Shown here one piece after another: positions 10,157 through 18,651 of a stretch of 64,000 nt of DNA; position 1 is the first letter of the stretch; every line of letters begins with the position of its first letter. The notes beneath the pieces are model-generated. The model was not told the origin of the DNA and made no database searches. It saw only the letters and a program-made list of their open reading frames with translations. The stretch is taken from assembly GCA_046290225.1 (NCBI GenBank), contig JBKAGE010000077.1, positions 96,001 through 160,000 of the forward strand. Direction: 5' to 3'. Origin of the DNA: Bradymonadia bacterium. GTDB taxonomy: Bacteria > Myxococcota_A > Bradymonadia > UBA7976 > UBA1532. The translations under genes and the position numbers were made by a program.

Positions 10157-10953
10157 GCGTGCGCATCATCGAGATCAGCGCCGCCTCGGCACATCGTTGG
10201 GCCCACAAGGTGGCAACCTTGGAAGAGGGGGTGACCTACCCCCTGGGTGACGATCGCTTCACCTTGGATCACGGGGCGGATTACTTCGCGTTTTTCCGCC
10301 GCCTCGGTGACCTCGTCTATCTCGCCGCTGTAGAGGCGGGCGAGGTGGTGGCGGTCTTCGCCGGGGCGCTGCGAGAGGTGCCCCAGGGCGGGCGCATGGT
10401 GAAGGCCTGGTATCTGTGTGATCTGAAGGTCCGTCCGAGCCACCGCGGGCGCCGCCTGCCGCTGAAGATGCTCGCCTCGGCGCTCCCGCGACACATCGGC
10501 CGCTCGGCTCGGGGATACGGGATCACGATGAACCCACCCTCGGGGGAAAACCGGGTGGTGCGGCTGTTTCGCAGATTTCCGTTACTGCCAGTGAAGGTGG
10601 GGCCTCAGCTGCTGTTCTGGTCGCTCTCGTCGGCGCAAATGGCCGACGTGGCTGCGCTGGTGGTGCGGCATCGAGGGCCGATGGGGTTTCTGTCTCATTC
10701 GGGACGGAAGGATCTGATGCTGGAGAGCACAGGGGCGCCGATGCCTCTGTTGCACGTGCAGTTCGGGCCGCTGGCGGAGGGTGTGATCGAGAAACCCCTC
10801 GAGGGGCATGTGCACATGCTGTGTGCGCCGGAGGACGATGGGCTGGCGGATGATTTGATGGGGATGGGGCTGGCGCCCTCGGCGACGGCGACGGTGCTGC
10901 ATCACCGGATGGGCGGCACTGATTGGCGCTGGGTGCTGACGAGCGACATTTGA
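10153..10953 (+). CDS. GNAT-fold acyltransferase
   Basis: WYLCDLKVRPSHRGRRL acyl-CoA-binding motif; ATGA overlap with the upstream gene. Confidence 0.7.
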   Translation: MSVRIIEISAASAHRWAHKVATLEEGVTYPLGDDRFTLDHGADYFAFFRRLGDLVYLAAVEAGEVVAVFAGALREVPQGGRMVKAWYLCDLKVRPSHRGRRLPLKMLASALPRHIGRSARGYGITMNPPSGENRVVRLFRRFPLLPVKVGPQLLFWSLSSAQMADVAALVVRHRGPMGFLSHSGRKDLMLESTGAPMPLLHVQFGPLAEGVIEKPLEGHVHMLCAPEDDGLADDLMGMGLAPSATATVLHHRMGGTDWRWVLTSDI

Positions 10954-11004
10954 ATCACCGCGGCTATCTTGCACTTGGTGCAGAAGTGTATAGAGCAACG
11001 ATGA

Positions 11005-11190
11005 AGGTTATGGCTGAGCCTTTGTAGGCAGTCATCGCTTCGCTCTGCCTGCGTAGGCGCCGGCCTTCGGCACATCTTCGATGCGCCTCGTCGGTCGCGT
11101 ACACGTCGGCGTACTCGCTGGCGCGAGCAGGCCTCCGGGTAGGCAGGGTCGCTCAAGGCTTCGCCTTATTCGCTCGCTCCCCTGCGTAAA
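11005..11190 (+). repeat. Structured ~186-bp REP/REPIN-like repeat, left arm, locus 1
   Basis: Near reverse complement of 11674-11859 and direct homolog of 58003-58186; several GTAGGC-initiated hairpins. Confidence 0.9.
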
Positions 11191-11218
11191 GAGTCACTTT
11201 TTACCGGTACATCAGTGC

Positions 11219-11592
11219 CTACTCACTGTAGGAAACACTCTCGTTCAGGTGACGCATCAGGCCCAATATCAACCTCTTACATAAGGCAGTGTCTTTACCG
11301 AGCTGGTTGGCTTTGTGGTGGTCTACAAGATTTAAATCTGATGCCAATATCATTTGGCATTCCAACTCACACAATGACCCAAACGCGATCCCTACAAATC
11401 GACGGAAGTCTCGTGAGGTGAGTCGTCCACAGCCTTCTGCGAGATTAGAAGCGACTGACACCGCCGCCCGCCTCATCTGAGTCCTCAAACCATAGTCTTC
11501 TCGCTCTGGGGGAAATTGCTGGTGATGCTGTAGGTGTGAAGCGTGAGCGCGTGGGCTGCCTTCCAAGCGTCGAGTTCCTGATAGTTGTGCAC
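11219..11592 (-). pseudogene. Four-helix-bundle protein (23S rRNA IVS protein / Avd-like family), frameshifted
   Basis: GGAG then GTG at 11592 gives HNYQELDAWKAAHALTLHTYSITSNFPQSE; a frameshift near 11500 continues as YGLRTQMRRAAVSVASNLAEGCGR...IAFGSLCELECQ; lower GC than flanks. Confidence 0.85.
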
Positions 11593-11673
11593 AACGCACT
11601 CCATCTTGATGGTTTCAAAGGAGCACTACGCCACGGCCCAGAAAATCGTTCCGTACAATTCTGAAAGTCTCTT

Positions 11674-11859
11674 TTTACGCAGGGGAGCGAGCGAATAATG
11701 CGTCAGCATTGAGCGACCCTGCCTACCCGGAGGGGTTCCGCGCAAGCGGATGCCCGAACGTGTACGCGACCGACGAGGCGGTCCGAAGGACTGCCGAAGG
11801 CCGGCGCCTTCGCAGGCAGAGCGAAGCGATGACTGCCTACAAAGGCTCAGCCATAACCT
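11674..11859 (-). repeat. Structured ~186-bp REP/REPIN-like repeat, right arm, locus 1
   Basis: Inverted copy of 11005-11190; direct homolog of 58325-58505. Confidence 0.9.
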
Positions 11860-11872
11860 CTGCCCTCCTCAG

Positions 11873-12853
11873 CTAAAACGCAGTCAACACCTCATTCATC
11901 TGCTCGCGGCTCAGCCCCGTCCGCAACCGCCGGCGCGCCTCAGGTAAACCGCGCCACCACCCCAACACATCTGCCACCGTCTCCTCCAACGGGCGAGTCA
12001 CCAACCCAGCAGCCTGCGCCACAGCCGTAGAGAACGTCCCCGCCCCAGCGTAGTCCCCCTCCGGCGGAAGCCACGCTGGCAAATCCGCCCACGGCTGCAG
12101 CCCGAACTCGCCCAATCGGCCGGCCGGCAACCAAGTCAGATCCAGCGGACGGCCCAGAACCGTCGAAATCGCCGACATCAACCCGCCCATCGTCAGCGTG
12201 CGGGGCGGCGTCACCACGTTGAACATCCCCGAGGTCCCCGACTCCACCAGCAAACGCACGAAAGCCGCAAAGTCCCGCGCGTCCACCCACTGCACCGGAT
12301 CATCCGGCGAGCCTGGTGCGAGCAATGGCCCACCCTCACTCGCCCGCACAGGCCAGTACGTGAATCGATCCGTGTGATCCCCCGGGCCCACCACCAACCC
12401 AGGGCGCACGATGGCGTGACGATGAGACGTAGCGCTCAATGCCTGCTCACACAGCACCTTCAGGCCACCGTAATCGCCCCCCGTCGGATCCTCAGTGGCC
12501 GGATCGGACACCGTCGCCAGGGGCGCTGACTCATCTTGATCAGGCGCCGCCATGCTGGCGTAGGCCGAGATGCTCGACACGAGGCAGTAGAACCCCGGAT
12601 CCGCGAGAACTTCGAGCACCTGGTTCACCGCCCGGGGGAAGTACGCGCTCATGTCGATGGTGGCATCGAAGCTCAGCCCCTGCAGAGCCGAAACTTCGCC
12701 GCTCACACGATCACCGCGCAGGTGTGACACCCCCTGCAGCGCGTCCGGGGTTTGCCCACGGTTGAACACCGTCACGTGATGCCCCGAGACCTGAAGCGCC
12801 TCCACCACATGTGGGCCGATGAAGCGGGTGCCACCCAACACCAGGATCTGCAT
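11873..12853 (-). CDS. NAD-dependent epimerase/dehydratase family (atypical SDR)
   Basis: VLGGTRFIG Rossmann motif, YGGLK, RPGLVVGPGDHTDRFTYW. Confidence 0.9.
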   Translation of the reverse strand: MQILVLGGTRFIGPHVVEALQVSGHHVTVFNRGQTPDALQGVSHLRGDRVSGEVSALQGLSFDATIDMSAYFPRAVNQVLEVLADPGFYCLVSSISAYASMAAPDQDESAPLATVSDPATEDPTGGDYGGLKVLCEQALSATSHRHAIVRPGLVVGPGDHTDRFTYWPVRASEGGPLLAPGSPDDPVQWVDARDFAAFVRLLVESGTSGMFNVVTPPRTLTMGGLMSAISTVLGRPLDLTWLPAGRLGEFGLQPWADLPAWLPPEGDYAGAGTFSTAVAQAAGLVTRPLEETVADVLGWWRGLPEARRRLRTGLSREQMNEVLTAF

Positions 12854-12856
12854 GCC

Positions 12857-14839
12857 TTACTCCAGCGTCGTCACCAGGGTCGTCTTCACCACCAGCTTCA
12901 CAGGATCACCGTTGGCCTTGCTCGCAGCCGTGGAGATTTGCTTCAGCGTCGATGCCTGCAGCGGAGAGGGCGCCTCGATGTGCACCACCAGCCCGCCAGA
13001 GGTCAGCTCTGCCGATGTCAGCGTCGCCCCGGCCTCGCCAAAGCCCGTCTGAAGCGCCGCCATCACCGACTGCTCGGGATCATCAGCAGACTCTTTCCGG
13101 TTCTCGAAGAACATCACCGTGAGCACCACCGCCAGCACCGCCATGGCCACCATCAGCCCCGCGACGACTCGGCCTGTCCACGACTTACCGTTCACGTCTC
13201 GGGGGCGAATCCCACCAGCCCACAGGGCCACCGCAGAGCCCAGGATGATGGCCACCACGTTGGTGCCGAAGAGCAGGGCCGACTTCCAGGCCACCTCGGG
13301 GTGACCCCAGGCCAGGGTGATGCCCGTGGTGGCGATGGGCGGCACCAGGGCCGCGGCGATGCTCACCCCCGGCAGGGCCGCCAGAAGGCCTGGGCGCGAC
13401 AACGCGAAGGCCGCGGCGATGCCCGAGAGGAACGCCACCCCCAAATCGAGGATGTTCGGCGCGCCGCGGGCCAGCAGCTCGCCCGTGAGGCTGCGGGTCG
13501 GGGCCAGCAGGCCGATGATCACGCCGAGAATCAGCGCTGTGGCAAAACCCAATGCCACCGCGCGGATCGCCGTGCGCACCAGGCGCACGTTCCCTTGCAC
13601 CAGGGCCAGACCAGAGCCCAGCAGCGGCGTCATCAGCGGGGCCACCAGCATGGCCCCGATGACTACGGCCCCTGATCCCTGAATCAACCCCAGCGCGGCG
13701 ATGGCCGTGGCCAGGGAGATGAGCACCATGAAGTCGTAGCCCCAGGCGGAGCCCGTCTCCAGCCGGGACGACAGCTCGATGCGGCCCTCTCGGGTCATCT
13801 GCGGCAGCGTCAGCGCCAGCCATCGATCCGCCTGGCTCCGCAGGCGCGCACCCAGGGGACGGCGCTTGCGGATCACGCCCACCGACATGCCCTCAGCGCT
13901 GCGGATGCGGTTGTCGGGGACCGCGCCGAAGAGCACCCTCCGGGCCACCGTCCAGCGCTCTGCCCCCGTGAGCATCAGGGTGTGGGTGGCCCCCTCGTCA
14001 CCGAGCCACGTGTGGTCGTCGAGGTGGCGCTTCAGGCCCGCCCAGGGGTCCTCCCCCGCCTCGGTGTGCACCTCCACCTGCTCGTCGAGCTTCAGCTTGC
14101 ACTGCGACATCTTCCGCTCGACGATGCGCCGGCCCACGGCGTCGAAGTCCTCGACACCCTCGGAGATCGTGTTCAGCACGTGCAGACGCCCATCATCAGC
14201 GACGAGATCTCGACTGATCTTCAGCGCCGCGAGCTCTGATCCACTCGCCTCCTCTTTGATGAGGGGCACCAGAATCTGCGGCGACGGCGCCTCGGTGAGA
14301 GGCGTGGTCCGCAACAACACCACGGTGCACGGCGCCCGCTGGAACATCACCATGGGCAGACCCTCGAGGCCGCCGGCGTTGCCCTTGGGGGCCTTGGTGC
14401 AAGGCACGAGCAGGGTGTGGGTGTCTTCGAGGCACTGCATCACCCCCTCGATGGGATCAGGGTGCTGCACCCACCACAGCTCGAGCTGCGGGATCCGGGT
14501 CGAGGTCTCCTGAGAGGTCAGAACCTCACCGTCTCCACCGGCACCTGCCTCTGTGCCCTCTTCTGTGCCTTCTTCAGTGGCACCCGCCTGAGCTGACTCG
14601 GCGTGCTCCGACGGCGGGCGCCAGCACGACCACGCCGCGTCTCTCACAGCGGTGATGAGGGCCGGAGGGTCTTCTTCGCCCTCTTTGAGCAGGTTGATGG
14701 GCTCGCGGCTGCTCTGCCTGGCCTGCGAGACCACGAGCACCTCGAGGGGGGTGCCCTGAGCCTCGGCGAAGCGCCGGCCCCAGTGAATCAGGGCTAGCGC
14801 CCCTTCGGCTTTGGTGATGACGAGGCGGGTATGCATCAT
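12857..14839 (-). CDS. DUF389 membrane protein with N-terminal USP-like region
   Basis: SGAVVIGAMLVAPLMTP, ALPGVSIAAALVPP; true start probably MMHTRLV at 14839. Confidence 0.85.
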   Translation of the reverse strand: MMHTRLVITKAEGALALIHWGRRFAEAQGTPLEVLVVSQARQSSREPINLLKEGEEDPPALITAVRDAAWSCWRPPSEHAESAQAGATEEGTEEGTEAGAGGDGEVLTSQETSTRIPQLELWWVQHPDPIEGVMQCLEDTHTLLVPCTKAPKGNAGGLEGLPMVMFQRAPCTVVLLRTTPLTEAPSPQILVPLIKEEASGSELAALKISRDLVADDGRLHVLNTISEGVEDFDAVGRRIVERKMSQCKLKLDEQVEVHTEAGEDPWAGLKRHLDDHTWLGDEGATHTLMLTGAERWTVARRVLFGAVPDNRIRSAEGMSVGVIRKRRPLGARLRSQADRWLALTLPQMTREGRIELSSRLETGSAWGYDFMVLISLATAIAALGLIQGSGAVVIGAMLVAPLMTPLLGSGLALVQGNVRLVRTAIRAVALGFATALILGVIIGLLAPTRSLTGELLARGAPNILDLGVAFLSGIAAAFALSRPGLLAALPGVSIAAALVPPIATTGITLAWGHPEVAWKSALLFGTNVVAIILGSAVALWAGGIRPRDVNGKSWTGRVVAGLMVAMAVLAVVLTVMFFENRKESADDPEQSVMAALQTGFGEAGATLTSAELTSGGLVVHIEAPSPLQASTLKQISTAASKANGDPVKLVVKTTLVTTLE

Positions 14840-14869
14840 GGCCGTGGAATCTAGCTGATCGGCGCGCCC

Positions 14870-17398
14870 ATGTCTGTGCACCTGCTGCAATCGCTGCTCG
14901 CTGAGGCGAGCGCTCACCACCACCGCCGCCTGCTCGTGCTCGCAGGGCCCCGCCCGTGGGCCTTGAGCACCCTGATGGGCTGGCTCGACGCAACAGGGGT
15001 GTCCGATCCGCTGTGGGTGGTCCCGCCCGCTCAGAAGATCGATGGCATGCAGCGGTGTACTGATCCACGTCAAGCGCGCCAGCTGCTCGGTCAAGAGGCG
15101 CGCTGTGTGGTGGTCGACCTGCACGACGAGGCGGATCCTGATGTGCTCGGGGTGACCTTCGGGCTGCCCCGTGGGGCCGGACTGCTCATCTGGCTCACCC
15201 CTGATCTGGATGGCTGGGCTGCACAAGATGACCGACAGCGCGAGCGCCTCTCCGTCACGGGCTGGCCTGCAGAAGCAGTGGGCCGCCGTTGGATCGCCCG
15301 ACTGACACGACACATCGCCGACACAGTGACGGTGGTGGGCCCTGACGGCGTGATCAGCGAGGGTGTCACCCAAGGCGCACCAGCAGCGCGGCCACTTACC
15401 CCGAGCGACGATCTCTGCCTCACTGATGACCAGCGCAAGGCCGTGGCGGCGGTGAAACGCGCGTACACAGGCCGGGCGAGACGCCCTGTCGTGCTCACCG
15501 CCGATCGAGGGCGAGGCAAATCAGCGGCTCTGGGCATCGCCGCCGGTGAGTTGCTCGCGGAGAAGCCCCTTCAGATTTGTCTGACGGCCCCCTCACGACA
15601 GGCCGCCGGTGCAGTGCTGCGCCACGCCCGCCATGTCTTGGGGATGAAGGAGACGACAGCAGACATCACCACGCCTTCCGGCGGCCGGCTGTGGCTGATG
15701 TCGCCGGGCGATCTGCTCGACCTTGCCCCTGAGGCCGATCTGCTCCTGGTGGACGAAGCAGCCACCCTGCCTCTGCCGATCTTGTCCACGCTGCTCACTC
15801 GCTACCCCCGGACGGCGTTCTCCACCACCATCCACGGCTATGAGGGCACTGGGAGGGGCTTCACGGTGAAGTTCCCCGCCCTGCTCGACTCGAAAGCCCG
15901 CGGCTGGCGAGCGGTGCGCATGCAGGCCCCAGTCCGCTGGGCCCCTGACGACCCGGTGGAGGCGCTGGCCTTTCGCACATTGCTCCTCGACGCCGAGCCA
16001 CCTCCGGTGCCTGACGAGGTGCCGGCGAACCTCGCCGACGAGACCATCTTCGAGGTGGTGGATCGAGACCACCTGGCCACCGACGAAGACGATCTGCGAG
16101 ATCTCTTCGGGCTGCTCATCACCGCCCACTATCGCACTGGGCCTGCAGATCTGCTGCGCATGCTCGACGCCCCGAACATGGCGGTCATGGGTCTGCGCCA
16201 TGCCAGCCGCTGGGTCTCGGCGGCGCTGATCTCACTGGAGGGCGGCCTTTCCGAGGAGATGTGCGCCGAGACCCTCGCCGGCCGCCGCCGGCCCGCAGGT
16301 CACATGCTCCCGGAGACGCTCATTTATCACTCGGGCCTCGAGGCTGCGGGCCCACTGAAAGCCGCCCGAGTGGTACGCATCGCCACCCACCCCGGGCTGC
16401 AGGGGCACGACCTCGGCACCCGACTGCTCACGGAGCTGAAAGTGTGGGGCGTACATCAGGGCGTGGATTACCTGGGCTCGGTCTTTGGGGTGACGCCGAG
16501 ACTGCTGGGTTTCTGGACACGATCCGGGTTTCACCCTGTGCGGTTGGGGGTGAAGCGAGGCAAGAGCAGCGGGGCGTGGTCGTTGGTGGTGGTGCACTGG
16601 ATCTCCGGGCCAGGACAAAAGGCGCTCCAGGGTGAGCCTCGGCACTTCCGACATCGACTACCCCACCAACTCGCTGGACCACTTCGAGCCCTGGAGCCAG
16701 AGCTGGCCTGGCGACTGCTCTCAGCTCTCTGTGCAGGCAGTCTGACGATGGATACTCCCACTGAGCGCGATCTCGCGGAGGTCCGCCGTTGTGCTGAGAG
16801 CACTCAAGATCCAGACCTTTACCGACATGCGTGTTGGCTGACTGTGTGTTGGGGCATCTCTCATGCTGATGTGAGCCTTACACTGACGCCAGACGAGTGG
16901 TGCTGCTTGCTCCAGTACTTCGTCTACAACCACGACACGGCCTATGTAGCTGGATCCTTCAAGCTCTCAGGGCGGGGTGAGTTGATGACCTGGATACGCG
17001 ATATTCTCGGCCGACTGATTCAGACAATCGACATGCTTGATCAACAAGAGACGCTCAGAAGTCTCGCAGAGCAAAGGCTCACCTCTGATCTAGAGCTTGT
17101 GCACTTATCACTCGACGAACACAGTTGGCCAGAGCGTGTTACAGAAGTAGACCGCACACCTGAACGACTCTGGCAGTACATCGCAGCTCTGAAAACACCC
17201 CATTACAGCTGGGCTGACCGCAGGGCTCTGATGGAGCTTGTCTTGGATGTGGGTCACCCGCTCGTTCACACCCAAGTCATCGAACGTGAAGTGGTGGTGT
17301 CAAGGATCAAGCAAACCATCAAGGGTGCTCACCCAATGATGTATCTGCCCGTACTGAGTTCTTACAACTACATCCCTTGGGTCTGGGATCTGAACTGA
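14870..17398 (+). CDS. tmcA: tRNA(Met) cytidine acetyltransferase with C-terminal extension
   Basis: HHRRLLVL, LTADRGRGKSAALG, LLVDEAA, STTIHGYEGTGRGF, AHYRT, RVVRIATHP. Confidence 0.92.
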   Translation: MSVHLLQSLLAEASAHHHRRLLVLAGPRPWALSTLMGWLDATGVSDPLWVVPPAQKIDGMQRCTDPRQARQLLGQEARCVVVDLHDEADPDVLGVTFGLPRGAGLLIWLTPDLDGWAAQDDRQRERLSVTGWPAEAVGRRWIARLTRHIADTVTVVGPDGVISEGVTQGAPAARPLTPSDDLCLTDDQRKAVAAVKRAYTGRARRPVVLTADRGRGKSAALGIAAGELLAEKPLQICLTAPSRQAAGAVLRHARHVLGMKETTADITTPSGGRLWLMSPGDLLDLAPEADLLLVDEAATLPLPILSTLLTRYPRTAFSTTIHGYEGTGRGFTVKFPALLDSKARGWRAVRMQAPVRWAPDDPVEALAFRTLLLDAEPPPVPDEVPANLADETIFEVVDRDHLATDEDDLRDLFGLLITAHYRTGPADLLRMLDAPNMAVMGLRHASRWVSAALISLEGGLSEEMCAETLAGRRRPAGHMLPETLIYHSGLEAAGPLKAARVVRIATHPGLQGHDLGTRLLTELKVWGVHQGVDYLGSVFGVTPRLLGFWTRSGFHPVRLGVKRGKSSGAWSLVVVHWISGPGQKALQGEPRHFRHRLPHQLAGPLRALEPELAWRLLSALCAGSLTMDTPTERDLAEVRRCAESTQDPDLYRHACWLTVCWGISHADVSLTLTPDEWCCLLQYFVYNHDTAYVAGSFKLSGRGELMTWIRDILGRLIQTIDMLDQQETLRSLAEQRLTSDLELVHLSLDEHSWPERVTEVDRTPERLWQYIAALKTPHYSWADRRALMELVLDVGHPLVHTQVIEREVVVSRIKQTIKGAHPMMYLPVLSSYNYIPWVWDLN

Positions 17399-17420
17399 CT
17401 CCACCAGGCTGCCAATCTAT

Positions 17421-17699
17421 TTACCTGAGTTTCAGTTTCTGAATGATGCGTCTGGCCTGACCAGGGGTCGGCAGCATGATGCCTCTCACCTCGGCTCTCA
17501 ACTCGATGTATATCGACTCTCTGATCTCAGCCTCTTCATCTGTAAAAACCGCCTCATTGCAGTGCTTACACCACAGGCCGGGCTGCGAGAACTCACGGGT
17601 ACGGGAGGCGTTCCCCTCAGTGTACGTCATAGAATCTACACGCACCTCCCGAACCATCCCGAGGGCACCGCATGCTGGACATTGATTCTGCTTGCTCAT
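17421..17699 (-). pseudogene. MqsA/YgiT-type zinc-ribbon antitoxin, truncated before the HTH domain
   Basis: CPACG...WCKHCNEAVF, then TPGQARRIIQKLKLR* where the HTH normally begins; GGAGAG RBS; lower GC. Confidence 0.7.
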
Positions 17700-17830
17700 C
17701 TCGACTCTCCGATTCACAGGCACTCATCTGTATCACAGAGTGTACTGGAAGAGTCTCAAGCAGTGAGGAGAGGTGGCTCGGACGAGCCAGAGGTGGGCGT
17801 GCGAGAGAGGTGGGGCAGATCGAGTCGGGC

Positions 17831-18421
17831 TTACTTCCGCACGACCTTGCAGTTGCGAGACTCCTTCTCCACGTAGACATTCGCCCGGAGGGCGTAGCCG
17901 TTCATCGAGCTGGAGTTTTTCAGCATGCCGCCCACCTCGTCCATCACCTCAGGCAGGTTCTTGCAGTCGATCTCTTCGAGACGCTTGCTGGCCTTGCTCT
18001 TCATGGCTGCCATGGCGCTCGCCTTGAGGTTGACGCGGCTCTTGCGTGCGCCGCGGCTCTCGAGCACCAGCTCCGACTTCACGTGGCTGGCCCCCTCCTT
18101 CACGACGTAGAGGCTGCTCTCGTCCACGTTGCACTTCTCGCCTTCGAGGGTGATCTTCACCATCTGGCCATGATCGAAGCGCTTGTCTTTGGAGATCTTC
18201 TTGATCGATTGGACCACGTCGTCGCGGTTTGTGCAGAACACCCCACCGTCGACGAGGGCCTCGTTGATGCGAGCGTCAGCGTTCTGGGCACCGACCACCC
18301 GCGACTGGGGCACGGGCACCTCGACGCTGCGGCTCTGGGCACCTGCAACAGATGCCATGGCAGTCATCGCAAAAAAGCAGGCAACGCCCGAAGCGAACAG
18401 GGTCTTTTTATTCTGGCTCAT
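17831..18421 (-). CDS. Secreted hypothetical protein
   Basis: Signal peptide ending SVAGA; strong GC3 codon bias. Confidence 0.7.
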   Translation of the reverse strand: MSQNKKTLFASGVACFFAMTAMASVAGAQSRSVEVPVPQSRVVGAQNADARINEALVDGGVFCTNRDDVVQSIKKISKDKRFDHGQMVKITLEGEKCNVDESSLYVVKEGASHVKSELVLESRGARKSRVNLKASAMAAMKSKASKRLEEIDCKNLPEVMDEVGGMLKNSSSMNGYALRANVYVEKESRNCKVVRK

Positions 18422-18651
18422 GAGACCTCTTTTGCGGTGATTCCGCTGTTTCTGACACATGTAGGTGTGTCAAATGCTGGTTGCCGAGTGACACGAGAGT
18501 ATTCTGATGTTTGTGTTCGAGGGTTGTGGGTGTGTTCCTCGTTCGATGCATGGCACTCGACGCACAAAACAGTAGGCAGAACACCAGTCTTTGACAATGA
18601 CTTTTTCCACACAAACCTACATTAAACCGAATTATCTTACACTTACCTTCC

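Noticed and set aside
11219..11592. Diversity-generating retroelement or 23S rRNA intervening sequence
   Set aside because: No reverse transcriptase, TR/VR pair or rRNA sequence in the window.
11005..11859. Integron attC-like ends (GTTATGG ... CCATAAC)
   Set aside because: Orientation is the reverse of attC (RYYYAAC...GTTRRRY), the motif is not kept at locus 2, and no integrase is present.
10902..11947. Short ORFs such as MSDPAYPEACSRQR and MPERVRDRRGG, with twins at 57832-58748
   Set aside because: They are translations of the repeat arms; variation preserves base pairing rather than a reading frame.
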